From: a virus | DNA: 64,000 nt | Virus record (IMG/VR): IMGVR_UViG_3300035188_001035 | Span: 1-64,000 of that record | Reading direction: 5' to 3' (one strand) | Part shown: positions 28,916 through 39,194 of the stretch, in pieces | How positions within the stretch are numbered: the first letter of the stretch is position 1 | How the letters are laid out: each line of letters starts with the position of its first letter | Notes under the pieces: generated by a model | The model's database searches: none | What the model was told of the DNA's origin: nothing | What the model saw: only the letters and a program-made list of their open reading frames with translations | Made by a program: the position numbers and the translations under genes

Positions 28916-30520
28916 ATGAGAAAAAAACGAGTATTGATGTGTGCAGAGGCGCATCATATAAATTCTGGATTCGGCAGATACACAAAGGAAATACTATACA
29001 GACTAAGTAAAAGTAATAAATATGAGCTTGCTGAATTGGCTTGTTATCATAAAGATGGATCAAAAACAAACGTACCATGGAAAGTATACTCAAACGTACC
29101 AAAAGACGATGATAAACAAAGTATAGAAGCATACGAATCTAATCAGCTTAATCAATTTGGTCAATGGAGATTCGAAAAAGTATTATTAGATTTTAAACCT
29201 GATATAGTTTTTGATATAAGGGATTATTGGATGTTCTCCTACCAAGAACTTTCATGTTTAAGACCATACTATAAATGGATAATAGCCCCAACCATAGATT
29301 CTATACCACAAAAAACAGAATGGTTAACAACGTTTGAAAATGCAGATATGGTATTAACACATACCGATTGGGCTGGAGACTATTTAAGGTCTCTAAATAG
29401 ACCTATTAATGTTGGTCCGTGCATCACAGATTCTGTTGACACAGAAGTTTTTCAACCAGTACACTGTACAAAAACATATCATAAATCTAGATATGGTTTA
29501 CCAGCCGATTCTATTATTATAGGATCAGTAATGAGAAATCAAAAGCGTAAACTCATTGCTGAATTATTTAAAGTTCTAAGAAAATTAATAGATACGACAA
29601 ATAATCATAATATATTTTTATATTTGCATACTTCTTATCCAGAAAAACAGGGTTGGCCGATTCCCGAATTGTTACAAGAGCATGGGGTGGAGAATAATGT
29701 ATTATTTACATATTATTCTATTAAGGATAATAGTATATTTGTATCAAAATATAAAGGCTCAAAGATACCATCTCCGTCATGTGACGATGGAGTATCCATC
29801 TTCCCTAATGTGCAATTAGGTATTAATAACGATCAGCTTAATGATGTATATAATTTATTTGATATATATGTACAGTATGCTATTTGTGAAGGCTTGGGTA
29901 TTCCTCAGCTAGAAGCTGCTTCTTGTGGTATACCTATTTTTTCTGTTAATTATAGCGGAATGGAAGAAATAACATCTAAAGTTGATGGCGTTAAAATTAA
30001 TTATTTATTGGCTACTGAGTTGGAAACCGGATCAGATAGGGCAACACCAGATAATGATCATTTAATGCACGAGATCATGGAATGGATGCAAAAAACAACA
30101 AAAGATAAGCTTAAATTTTCACATAAAACAAGAGAATTATTAGTTCAAAATTATAGTTGGGATATGACAGCAAAAACTATCATGGATGTTTTTGATAATA
30201 TGCCTATAAATGAAGACATATGGTCTGTTCCAATGAATGCCAATACAAAACTATCAGTTCCAGATAATCTATCCAATAGAGAATTTGTAGAATTTATTAT
30301 CCGTGATATTATGTGTGAGCCTAATTTATTAAAAACTTATTTTGCTCAAAACCTAATAAAATCACTCAATGAATCTATTGATATCACATCAAATAAAAAT
30401 AATATTCAAGCCAGAGAAGCGGTTATCAAAGCACTAGAGATATTCTTAAATAATAAAGTCTTTTGTGAACAAGTCAGATCAGGAAAAATCAAACTAAATG
30501 ATAATTTCTTGTCATCATGA
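28916..30520 (+). CDS. GT-B (GT4-like) glycosyltransferase
   Basis: SGFGRY, RNQ.RK, YNLFD.YV....EGLGIP.LEAASCG.P. Confidence 0.85.
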   Translation: MRKKRVLMCAEAHHINSGFGRYTKEILYRLSKSNKYELAELACYHKDGSKTNVPWKVYSNVPKDDDKQSIEAYESNQLNQFGQWRFEKVLLDFKPDIVFDIRDYWMFSYQELSCLRPYYKWIIAPTIDSIPQKTEWLTTFENADMVLTHTDWAGDYLRSLNRPINVGPCITDSVDTEVFQPVHCTKTYHKSRYGLPADSIIIGSVMRNQKRKLIAELFKVLRKLIDTTNNHNIFLYLHTSYPEKQGWPIPELLQEHGVENNVLFTYYSIKDNSIFVSKYKGSKIPSPSCDDGVSIFPNVQLGINNDQLNDVYNLFDIYVQYAICEGLGIPQLEAASCGIPIFSVNYSGMEEITSKVDGVKINYLLATELETGSDRATPDNDHLMHEIMEWMQKTTKDKLKFSHKTRELLVQNYSWDMTAKTIMDVFDNMPINEDIWSVPMNANTKLSVPDNLSNREFVEFIIRDIMCEPNLLKTYFAQNLIKSLNESIDITSNKNNIQAREAVIKALEIFLNNKVFCEQVRSGKIKLNDNFLSS

Positions 30521-31623
30521 ATAATATACTATATATAGGACCATATAGAGAATTTACTGGAATAGGTAATGCATCTAGAAAATATATACAGGCTTTATGC
30601 GACGCTGGATTCAATATTGTCTGTCGCCCACTATTCAATACTATAAAACCTATTATAGAACAAGAATTAGAAGATATTATTATTCGTTGTGAAAAGAATA
30701 ATTTAGACAATTATGATACAATAATTCAACATGCATATCCACACCAGTTTTGTCATATCAATGGCTATAAAAATATAGGTATAGTTTCTTTAGATAAAAC
30801 TCATTATGGATACGATATTTATGAATATCTGAATATCGTGGATGAAATTTGGGTTGGTTCAACACACGCTAGAGAAGAACTTATTAATGGCAACATAGAT
30901 ATTGATAAAATAAAAGTTGTGCCAGAATTTATAGATTTATCAATTATAGATGATTATAAACAGAAAAATATAAAACAATCTAAAAAAAACAAGTTTATGT
31001 TTTATACCATATCAGATTTTACTAATAAAAAAAATCTACAAACTTTGATTCTAGCATTCTTTATTATTGCTATAGAATTTCCAGATACTGGACTACTGAT
31101 TAAAACTAAAAATACAAATAATGATAGTAGTAACTTAACATCTTTATTGACCTATGAAATAGATAAAATAATAGATTCATTACCTTTTAAGATCGATAAA
31201 AATATAACATACCCAACACTTATAGTAGGGGAAACTAAATATGATAATATACTATATATACATAATAATTGCGATTGTTATATAGATATATCGTCCGGAG
31301 AAAGTTTTGGATATCCAGTATTAGAGGCTATGTGTTTTAATAATCAGATTATAGTGAATAAGAATTCTGGTTCTTCAGATATAGTTAAGGGTACAAAATT
31401 CTATGGAGTAGAATCAACCCCTAAAAATGCTCACGATAATAGTCATCCATATTGGATATATAATTCTTTTCATCATAAATATTATGTTCCGGAACTTGAT
31501 AGTTTGGTTATGCAAATGAAGCGAGCTTTAAGTGAGTCTCTTTCAGAAAAGTCTGAGCGAATAGAATCACAAAACCATAAAGTCCTAAGCTATTCTATCA
31601 ATAATATTAAAGGGTTTATATGA
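30517..31623 (+). CDS. GT-B (GT4-like) glycosyltransferase
   Basis: TGIGNASR.YI, KKNL..LI, CDCYI..S.GESFG.P.LEAM. Confidence 0.82.
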   Translation: MNNILYIGPYREFTGIGNASRKYIQALCDAGFNIVCRPLFNTIKPIIEQELEDIIIRCEKNNLDNYDTIIQHAYPHQFCHINGYKNIGIVSLDKTHYGYDIYEYLNIVDEIWVGSTHAREELINGNIDIDKIKVVPEFIDLSIIDDYKQKNIKQSKKNKFMFYTISDFTNKKNLQTLILAFFIIAIEFPDTGLLIKTKNTNNDSSNLTSLLTYEIDKIIDSLPFKIDKNITYPTLIVGETKYDNILYIHNNCDCYIDISSGESFGYPVLEAMCFNNQIIVNKNSGSSDIVKGTKFYGVESTPKNAHDNSHPYWIYNSFHHKYYVPELDSLVMQMKRALSESLSEKSERIESQNHKVLSYSINNIKGFI

Positions 31624-32087
31624 GTATATCATCAATTATACATAAAACTCTATTAATGAATAACACACCAAATGTATTATGGACATACACTGATCATAAA
31701 AATTTTGAAAAGCATATAGAAAAAGATAATATTAATCTTATAGATATGGAGGATACTCTATATGGTATTTATGATATAGATCTTGTAGTTTGCAATAATA
31801 GAATGATAAATTTAGATAAATGTATAGAATTAGCACTATTTTTACATTGCCCACTAATCATTATAGATCATGTTGAAAAACCAAATTATATATCAGAAGT
31901 GCCCAATCATTATATGTTCGAACCAGTATATCAAATTGCAGTATCTGAAAATATATGTAATTCATGGAATAGAATTCATAATAAAGTTATTCCATATAGT
32001 AATATATCAGATATAATAGATATTATTAAAAATATGAGTAAAGAATTTTTAAAAATCAAAATACAACCAGAAATTAAAAAATCATGA
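31620..32087 (+). CDS. Hypothetical protein (possible degenerate GT-B N-domain)
   Basis: DLVVCN, PLIIIDH and IAVS pattern; operon context. Confidence 0.45.
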   Translation: MSISSIIHKTLLMNNTPNVLWTYTDHKNFEKHIEKDNINLIDMEDTLYGIYDIDLVVCNNRMINLDKCIELALFLHCPLIIIDHVEKPNYISEVPNHYMFEPVYQIAVSENICNSWNRIHNKVIPYSNISDIIDIIKNMSKEFLKIKIQPEIKKS

Positions 32088-32521
32088 AAAAAATCAGAAA
32101 ATATTTTCTATACACAACAGAACCCTCAAATCCAATTAAGGGTTTTGAATATTGTTCTATTAGTAAGTTTAGTAAATTCAAATCGCCAAATATAGATGAG
32201 TTGTTTGTTGCGGATCTAATTGATAATGTACCAGCAAATCAAAAAGATCAACTTGTCAAAGATATCAAATCTAAATTAAAAACTAATGGTATTTTATATG
32301 TGCAATCATTAGATAGATACGCTAGTGCAGCATCGATTCTAAATAAACAAATAGATAATAATTTTCTTAACACTCTACTATTTGCTAATAATAGGAAAAC
32401 ACTATCTTGTATGTCTGAAATAGTTCAATTATTAAATAAACATGGTTTTATTATAGAACAATCCAAATTTATAAATGGTATCCAATATTTTATTAAAGCA
32501 AGAGCATCTGATAATGAATGA
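32084..32521 (+). CDS. Hypothetical protein, methyltransferase-fold-like
   Basis: DEL...D.ID....KLK.NG.L pattern resembles the C-terminal half of class I MTases. Confidence 0.4.
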   Translation: MKKIRKYFLYTTEPSNPIKGFEYCSISKFSKFKSPNIDELFVADLIDNVPANQKDQLVKDIKSKLKTNGILYVQSLDRYASAASILNKQIDNNFLNTLLFANNRKTLSCMSEIVQLLNKHGFIIEQSKFINGIQYFIKARASDNE

Positions 32522-33182
32522 TATTTCGTATATCATATTAGCTTGTCATATTGATAAGGGGATGAAATCCTTTGGATCAAAAGGCTTATTAGAATTTCAT
32601 AATAAAAAAATTTTTAACTATCAAATAGAATGGATTAAAAAACAGAATCATAACAATTATGAAATAATTATTATCTCCAATTTTGATACAATAAAAATAC
32701 AACGATCTTTTTCTGATACTATAAAAGTTGTTGAATGCGATACCAATCCTATTCTAAAAGGGTGTCTTGAGTCAAAATATAACAACTTAATTTTTATAGA
32801 TTATGGATGCTTATTTAACCCTAAGATTTTAAAAAAAATACAGCACCTCAAATCTAATTACGCAATTACTATTAGTGATATTAATCTTGATATTGGATGT
32901 ATTATAGATCATAATAGAATATCGCACATTTATTTGGATTTGCCAGATCATAAATTTAGTAATATTTTTAAATTAAACCATACATCAAAATTAGAAATTA
33001 TTAATAATAGTATTTATGATAGATCTAATCTTTTATATTTCGAAACATTGAATACTTTAATAAATAATGGAAATACGATAGAAAATATAATTATTGATAA
33101 AAAAGATTTCTTATACTTCAAACATATGGATCAAAAACATGCAATCAACAAATTCCTTAAAAGAATATCCAATCCAAATTAG
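32514..33182 (+). CDS. Nucleotidyl/sugar-phosphate transferase-like protein (divergent)
   Basis: IILA....GMKS.G.KGLL......YQI resembles the NTP_transferase N-terminus. Confidence 0.55.
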   Translation: MNDISYIILACHIDKGMKSFGSKGLLEFHNKKIFNYQIEWIKKQNHNNYEIIIISNFDTIKIQRSFSDTIKVVECDTNPILKGCLESKYNNLIFIDYGCLFNPKILKKIQHLKSNYAITISDINLDIGCIIDHNRISHIYLDLPDHKFSNIFKLNHTSKLEIINNSIYDRSNLLYFETLNTLINNGNTIENIIIDKKDFLYFKHMDQKHAINKFLKRISNPN

Positions 33183-33507
33183 TTTTTACTATAATCAAGT
33201 AACTAATGAAATTTTTAAAGACAAAAACTTTATAGAAATTAATGAGTTTTTATCTGATAAGAACAATATAGGTAAATATACATATTCTATCTATACCGAT
33301 CTAAATTTATTAAAACCTAATATCTTTGTTCCTATTTTTGATACAATATATTTAGCTTCTAGAAATCATAATGTTGTCCTAAATAGTACTAATGATTTTT
33401 GGTTATGCGATCTTTATAAACAAAACAAATACTTTTTTGTTGGATCGTGTGATCATAAAAGTATCCAATCTATTGAATCTATTACGGAGATATCAAATGA
33501 AATATGA
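33139..33507 (+). CDS. Hypothetical protein
   Basis: ORF in the operon; ATG at 33139 chosen as start. Confidence 0.5.
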   Translation: MQSTNSLKEYPIQISFYYNQVTNEIFKDKNFIEINEFLSDKNNIGKYTYSIYTDLNLLKPNIFVPIFDTIYLASRNHNVVLNSTNDFWLCDLYKQNKYFFVGSCDHKSIQSIESITEISNEI

Positions 33508-34288
33508 TAAATTAAACGATAGTCAAAAAGAGAAATTAATTAAAGAACTATACAGTATTAAAAAACAATCTTTTCAACAAATAGCAGAATTATATGATAC
33601 ATATCCTAATAAGATTAGACGAGATGCTAAAAAATTCAATATAGATATAAGGAATAAGAGTGAAGCTCAAAAAAACGCTTTAGATAACGGATCTCATAAG
33701 CATCCAACAAAAGGACAAACAAGACCAGAAAATATAAAAAGTAAAATTGGAAAAAGCGTATTAGAAAAATGGGAGAGTTTGGATGAGTCAGAATTAAAAA
33801 CAATTAAACAGAAGGCACGGGATAGATGGGAAAAATTATCTGATGATGAAAAAGAAAATAGAATATCTGCCGCTATACAAGCCGTTAGGAAAACTAGCAA
33901 AACAGGATCAAAACTAGAAAATTTTATTCATACAAAACTTGTTAAATCTGGATATAAGGTGGACTTTCATAAGGAACAAACTTTATCTAATACCAAACTA
34001 CAGATTGATATATTTATACCATCATTAAATGTTGCGATAGAAATTGATGGACCATCACACTTTTTACCAGTATGGGGAGACGATACTCTGCAAAAAAATA
34101 TCAAATACGACAACAAGAAAACGGGTTTGGTACTTGGAAAAGGATGTGCTCTGATTAGAATAAAACAGACACGAGATTTTTCAAACGCACGAGCAGAAAT
34201 TTTATGGGAAAAATTATCAGAAATACTATCTAGTATTAAGACTAAATTTCCCAATCCACAGGACAGACTCATCAACATAGGAGATTAA
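33497..34288 (+). CDS. Putative homing endonuclease (HTH/NUMOD-like DNA-binding region + Vsr/DUF559-like nuclease)
   Basis: SFQQIAE HTH, R..SEAQ and H..KG..R NUMOD-like repeats, SKLE, IDI.IP...AIEIDGP.H. GGAG RBS before the ATG at 33497. Confidence 0.65.
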   Translation: MKYDKLNDSQKEKLIKELYSIKKQSFQQIAELYDTYPNKIRRDAKKFNIDIRNKSEAQKNALDNGSHKHPTKGQTRPENIKSKIGKSVLEKWESLDESELKTIKQKARDRWEKLSDDEKENRISAAIQAVRKTSKTGSKLENFIHTKLVKSGYKVDFHKEQTLSNTKLQIDIFIPSLNVAIEIDGPSHFLPVWGDDTLQKNIKYDNKKTGLVLGKGCALIRIKQTRDFSNARAEILWEKLSEILSSIKTKFPNPQDRLINIGD

Positions 34289-34289
34289 A

Positions 34290-34979
34290 ATGGTCAAAAA
34301 CAAAAAAGAAAATACCGATACTAAAAATACTGTAACACCTAATGATCTGGAGTGGACTGATCATGTTCTAAGTTTGTTGTCTGATGATGAAAAGATATCT
34401 GATAATCCTACTACTGATGGATTACGAAGAATATTTGAAATTGCATTAAATTGTACAGTAATACGATCAACTAGTGATGTTGTTCAGAGTCCTGATCCTA
34501 ATAATGAAAAAAGAGCCACTGTTGTTCATACGCTAGAATATTCATCGAATGATAATAGTAGTATTGTGAAAACTATAAGTGGTGCGGCCGATGTGTATTG
34601 GGGTAATTGTGATAAAATATATAGAAATCATCCTGTGGCCGTTGCCGAAACACGAGCAGAAGGGCGCGCATTAAGACGAGCTTTAAAACTACGCAAGGTT
34701 GTGGCTGCCGAAGAAATTGCAAAAGATATTGAGGATAATCCTGATGGTGACTCGGTGTATAAGGTTAGTGCTAATCAGCTAAACTTTATGGATGTTTTGG
34801 CCAAAAGACTAGATATTAATATGGCTAAAGTTCTAGAGGATGCTGGACATAATGATAAAAATGTTTATAATATAGAGCATAGTATCGCTGTTGATATTAT
34901 CAAAAAATTGTCATCATATCAGCAAAATATCCATAATATATCTGATGATATAAAAGGATACGATGCTGGTTGGAAATAA
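34290..34979 (+). CDS. Putative Rad52/Sak-like single-strand annealing protein
   Basis: G.ADV and AETRAEGRALRRAL motifs; C-terminal SANQ..F..L helical domain. Confidence 0.45.
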   Translation: MVKNKKENTDTKNTVTPNDLEWTDHVLSLLSDDEKISDNPTTDGLRRIFEIALNCTVIRSTSDVVQSPDPNNEKRATVVHTLEYSSNDNSSIVKTISGAADVYWGNCDKIYRNHPVAVAETRAEGRALRRALKLRKVVAAEEIAKDIEDNPDGDSVYKVSANQLNFMDVLAKRLDINMAKVLEDAGHNDKNVYNIEHSIAVDIIKKLSSYQQNIHNISDDIKGYDAGWK

Positions 34980-34988
34980 GGGCTATTT

Positions 34989-35318
34989 ATGAAACTAATC
35001 TATAAAGCTAATGAAAAACTACAATTTGAACTTGAAGCCGAAGGTCAAAAAGAAATATTCAAAGAACTTGCAGTAATCCAGGAAATATTTAGCGAAGATA
35101 AATGCGCATTATGCAACAAAGGTAATATTAAATTTGTTGTAAGAAATGTTGATGGTAATGATTATTATGAATTAAGATGTCAGGACTGTGGAGGCATTTT
35201 ATCTTTTGGTCAACATAAAAAGGGTGGAACATTATTTCCAAAACGCAAGGACGACAATAATGAATATTTGCCGAATAGGGGTTGGCATAAATGGAGCAAA
35301 GAATCTAAGGATAAATAA
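34989..35318 (+). CDS. Zinc-ribbon hypothetical protein
   Basis: CALC...CQDCG; LFPKRK...GW.KW. Confidence 0.6.
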   Translation: MKLIYKANEKLQFELEAEGQKEIFKELAVIQEIFSEDKCALCNKGNIKFVVRNVDGNDYYELRCQDCGGILSFGQHKKGGTLFPKRKDDNNEYLPNRGWHKWSKESKDK

Positions 35319-38300
35319 TGTCTCCTGTTTATGTATCGTGTGATGGTAGAATATCACTAACACAACACGGTGTAACAACAGATGAAAACTGTTGTGGCGG
35401 ATGCTGTTCATACATTTCCGCAAATATAGACTATGTAAAAAATGGTCTGCCAACTAGCCCACCATCGTACACTAATTGTATCCCTGATGGTCCATCAAAA
35501 CCAGTTGTTATAAACGAAAATCCACCAGCAGGTATTTGTGCGCTACATGGTCTTCCTGGAAGTGATGGTACTTTTTCGCCCGGTTGTGATTGTGATTTTG
35601 CAAATAGAACCGATTGTTGTGCTTTCTATTGCGATGTTTGCAATGGATCCGCAATTGGTTGTGATTTTCCTCCTGAGTGTTTCGCGGAATGGACACCTCA
35701 TGAGTATTGCTATTTGACCAATCCGGTATATCCAGAACAAATATATAATATGGAGCAATATGCATTAGCTTGGGCTCAAAATGCTGATTTTACAATTATT
35801 GACAGATTGAGTGGTGCTCTAAATGAATTAAAAACTTGTTTGGAAGATATGGGTTATCAAAACGTAACAGCCAATGCTGGTCTAAGTTATATGCCAGGAA
35901 CCGACGAACATGGTCATTTTGCTCCTATTGTCGTAGATAACCAGCCTTGGGTTCCTGTGGACGAAACTGGACATACACATAATGAATACTTTTCTCAACA
36001 AAGATTAGAAGAAGAATATGGATGGGTATTTTATAATGGATATAATCCTGGAGGATGTGTACCTGATGGAGAGTGTCATCCAGATATGCAAGCTGCTTGT
36101 GGTGGGCCGTGTGGCGGCAATGGTCCGTGTATAAGTCCGGTTATTGTAGACCCGATTAGTAATTTGACGTGTCCTCCTCTGATAGTTGATTATGATAACT
36201 GTACACAATATTGCGAAAAACAAGACTGTTGTGTGTCTTTAGAACCTATTAGGATAACAGGAAATCTTTCTGCTAGTTGTTGTGATAATTGTGGGCGTCT
36301 TGGTAAGGCCAAATGCTGTACAGCATCCAGCGTTATATTTTCTCAACAGGATTTGGAAACTTTGAGTATTGGTACATCGGCCGGTAGAGGAGGAAAATGT
36401 GGAATTAATGGATGTTCTCCGGCAGTATCAGGAATAAGTGAATGTGATACGTTAGGTAATGGAATTTTAAATATGTGGTTCGAACCACTATACGAAGGAT
36501 CAAATGAGTATAATCTTAAAATACTAGCCAGAGAATGTGCGGGATCAAATACTTGTGTAATTGGTCCATTAAGAGCTTATGAATCAGGATGGAATGAAAG
36601 TACACAAAATTATAATAAGCCTATAGATACTTGTGATTATTCTTTTGAAAATCAAGAAGCTTGTGAATGTGGCTATAGAGTTAAAAAATTATGTGTTTCT
36701 ACAATCCAAAGAACTTTTAAATTTAATCTTAATACTAGACACGTTGAGTCTGTTTTTGATGGATTTATAGCGATATATGCTCCCAATAATCCTAGATGGA
36801 TGGTTCCAGATCCTCCAACAACACCTTTTGAACAAGATCTTTATAATAGTATATATACAAATTATTGTGTTGATAAATATTTATGGCCTTCTTGTTTACC
36901 AGAGGATTATGGGATTGGAAATGATGGTTTTTATGTCAGAAAAAGATGCATAGAGAGTGGTCCGCGGCCGTACAATGAAGATGTTATTACTCCTGGCAAT
37001 TTCGTTTCTGAATCAGAATCAGTTGATCCATCCTATCCATTTGCAGGTTATGCTTTATGGCATTTTAGAAATGACTTGGTTCCTGGATGGGAATTATTTG
37101 AGGTAGACGGACCAGATTCTCCAAGAACACAAGGTCTTGCTAGTACACGATCTGCAATAATGAGAGAAACGGTATATGGTCCTCCAGACGAAAGTGCCGC
37201 AACAACAAAATATTACTATACTGCATTTACAAGAAGAGGACTTCCCGATTGGGTGGTATTTACTGTTGGACAAGTAACAAATACAGATTGGACATATGGA
37301 GGTTTAACTACTGCTTGGCCCCTGGGTTCTGCTATATCGAATCATTATGCTGCTATGTGGGGTACTGCACCGGTCTGTGATGATATTGATAATCAATTAC
37401 TGTTCGGTGATGGTGTTTGTGCTGGTAGATTTAAAGAATATTACTATCAATGGACAGTTTCAGAACAATTTCCTAATCAAGAATCGTCTTGCTCGCCAGT
37501 ACTAACAAAAGACAATGAAATGAAAAACTGGGGCTGTGGAGTAATGATAGGCGATGAGTTTATGCAAAATGGAGCTTGTGAAACAGGTATTCAAATTGTT
37601 GATTTTGCTAACGAACTCGAATGGTTGAATGTAATGAACAATTTTAGACCAGTTCCCCCATGGAATATTGAATTATTATTGGGTACTGATGCTGTGGAAT
37701 ATACTTGTGGATCAGAGTGGGGGGTATGGAATGATCCTGAGTGTGTAGTTGTATATGATGAGGAACCAACATGCGATCCTACTCCAACACCAGCACCAAC
37801 ATCAACAGAAACTCCAGTAGCATTTACTCCTACTCCGGGACCTACTGAACCATGTCCAACACCAGAACCTACTCGTCATTGTGAATCGTTATCTCATGAG
37901 TTTGATAGTAATCAATGTCCAACTCCGAGTCCATCAGCTACTCCAACACCAACACCAACTGAAACTCCTACTCCGACACCTACTCCCACTGAGACTCCTA
38001 CTCCAACGCCGTCGCCAACACCAAGTCCAACGCCATCGCCAACACCAAGTCCGACTCCAAGTCCTACTCCGAGTCCAACGCCGTCGCCAACACCGAGTCC
38101 GACTCCAAGTCCTACTCCGAGTCCAACGCCGTCGCCAACACCTAGCCCGACACCATCGCCAACACCGAGTCCAACGCCATCGCCAACACCAAGTCCGACT
38201 CCAAGTCCGACTCCAAGTCCGACTCCATCACCCACGCCAAGTCCTACTCCATCGCCAACACCAAGTCCGACTCCAAGTCCTACTCCGAGTCCAACGCCGT

Positions 38301-38506
38301 CGCCAACACCAAGTCCGACTCCAAGTCCTACTCCGAGTCCAACGCCGTCGCCAACACCTAGCCCGACACCATCGCCAACACCGAGTCCAACGCCATCGCC
38401 AACACCTAGCCCGACACCATCGCCAACACCGAGTCCAACACCAAGCCCAACGCCGTCGCCAACACCAAGCCCGACTCCGAGTCCAACGCCATCGCCCACT
38501 CCTTAA
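35318..38506 (+). CDS. Cys-rich protein with a C-terminal mucin-like (PTPS)n tail
   Basis: About 860 aa Cys/Gly/Pro-rich body followed by about 195 aa of almost pure P/T/S. Confidence 0.8.
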   Translation: MSPVYVSCDGRISLTQHGVTTDENCCGGCCSYISANIDYVKNGLPTSPPSYTNCIPDGPSKPVVINENPPAGICALHGLPGSDGTFSPGCDCDFANRTDCCAFYCDVCNGSAIGCDFPPECFAEWTPHEYCYLTNPVYPEQIYNMEQYALAWAQNADFTIIDRLSGALNELKTCLEDMGYQNVTANAGLSYMPGTDEHGHFAPIVVDNQPWVPVDETGHTHNEYFSQQRLEEEYGWVFYNGYNPGGCVPDGECHPDMQAACGGPCGGNGPCISPVIVDPISNLTCPPLIVDYDNCTQYCEKQDCCVSLEPIRITGNLSASCCDNCGRLGKAKCCTASSVIFSQQDLETLSIGTSAGRGGKCGINGCSPAVSGISECDTLGNGILNMWFEPLYEGSNEYNLKILARECAGSNTCVIGPLRAYESGWNESTQNYNKPIDTCDYSFENQEACECGYRVKKLCVSTIQRTFKFNLNTRHVESVFDGFIAIYAPNNPRWMVPDPPTTPFEQDLYNSIYTNYCVDKYLWPSCLPEDYGIGNDGFYVRKRCIESGPRPYNEDVITPGNFVSESESVDPSYPFAGYALWHFRNDLVPGWELFEVDGPDSPRTQGLASTRSAIMRETVYGPPDESAATTKYYYTAFTRRGLPDWVVFTVGQVTNTDWTYGGLTTAWPLGSAISNHYAAMWGTAPVCDDIDNQLLFGDGVCAGRFKEYYYQWTVSEQFPNQESSCSPVLTKDNEMKNWGCGVMIGDEFMQNGACETGIQIVDFANELEWLNVMNNFRPVPPWNIELLLGTDAVEYTCGSEWGVWNDPECVVVYDEEPTCDPTPTPAPTSTETPVAFTPTPGPTEPCPTPEPTRHCESLSHEFDSNQCPTPSPSATPTPTPTETPTPTPTPTETPTPTPSPTPSPTPSPTPSPTPSPTPSPTPSPTPSPTPSPTPSPTPSPTPSPTPSPTPSPTPSPTPSPTPSPTPSPTPSPTPSPTPSPTPSPTPSPTPSPTPSPTPSPTPSPTPSPTPSPTPSPTPSPTPSPTPSPTPSPTPSPTPSPTPSPTPSPTPSPTPSPTPSPTP
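37919..38503 (+). repeat. 12-nt-unit tandem array encoding (PTPS)n, array 1
   Basis: About 40 PTPS units with higher-order DNA repeats. Confidence 0.95.
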
Positions 38507-38528
38507 GTTATAATAAGAGAATAATATT

Positions 38529-39155
38529 ATGGAACCTATTAAAATTATCAATATAGAATGCGTAAGTAGTAATGCTCCGTGTTATACTATCACTATATCA
38601 GCTGCTAATTTTATTCCTGGATATTATATTGAGACTAGTTTAGACAATGGAGGAACATGGACAACACAACAATTATTAACATCTTCAATAACTACTACCG
38701 ATATATGTTTCGAAGAACCACTAGAATCTGCTGTCTTGATCAGATTAGCATATGTAGGATGTATGGAAACTATACCTCCAACGCCAACACCATCACCAAC
38801 ACCAACAGAAACTCCAACACCTACCCCGACACCTACTCCCACTGAGACTCCTACTCCAACGCCGTCACCAACACCGAGTCCGACACCTAGTCCAACGCCA
38901 AGTCCTACTCCATCGCCAACACCAAGTCCGACTCCAAGTCCGACTCCATCACCCACGCCAAGTCCGACTCCATCACCCACGCCAAGTCCTACTCCATCGC
39001 CAACACCAAGTCCGACTCCAAGTCCTACTCCGAGTCCAACGCCGTCGCCAACACCTAGCCCGACACCATCGCCAACTCCTAGTCCAACGCCGTCGCCAAC
39101 ACCGAGTCCAATGCCATCACCAACACCGAATCCGACGCCGTCACCAACCCCATAA
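38529..39155 (+). CDS. Small beta-domain protein with a C-terminal (PTPS)n tail
   Basis: About 80 aa domain containing SLDNGGTW (Asp-box-like), then about 125 aa P/T/S. Confidence 0.75.
   Translation: MEPIKIINIECVSSNAPCYTITISAANFIPGYYIETSLDNGGTWTTQQLLTSSITTTDICFEEPLESAVLIRLAYVGCMETIPPTPTPSPTPTETPTPTPTPTPTETPTPTPSPTPSPTPSPTPSPTPSPTPSPTPSPTPSPTPSPTPSPTPSPTPSPTPSPTPSPTPSPTPSPTPSPTPSPTPSPTPSPTPSPMPSPTPNPTPSPTP
38775..39152 (+). repeat. (PTPS)n array 2
   Basis: Shares a 98 bp identical stretch with array 1 (38958-39055 = 38213-38310). Confidence 0.95.
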
Positions 39156-39194
39156 TTACTATATCTCTATATAATCAAAGGACTTAAATTCATT

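Noticed and set aside
1352-34278. Numerous short - strand ORFs in the + strand block, and + strand ORFs within 43.7-63.6 kb
   Set aside because: They lie antisense to well-supported genes and show no motifs.
37881-38980. Alternative-frame and antisense ORFs over the repeats ([14 protein letters not shown] and WCWRRR types), likewise 45978..46530
   Set aside because: These are stop-free shadows of the (PTPS)n arrays with no independent coding evidence.
38507-39194. Isolated TATAAT hexamers after the repeat genes (also near 46000 on the - strand)
   Set aside because: No -35 element, and such hexamers are expected by chance in DNA this AT-rich.
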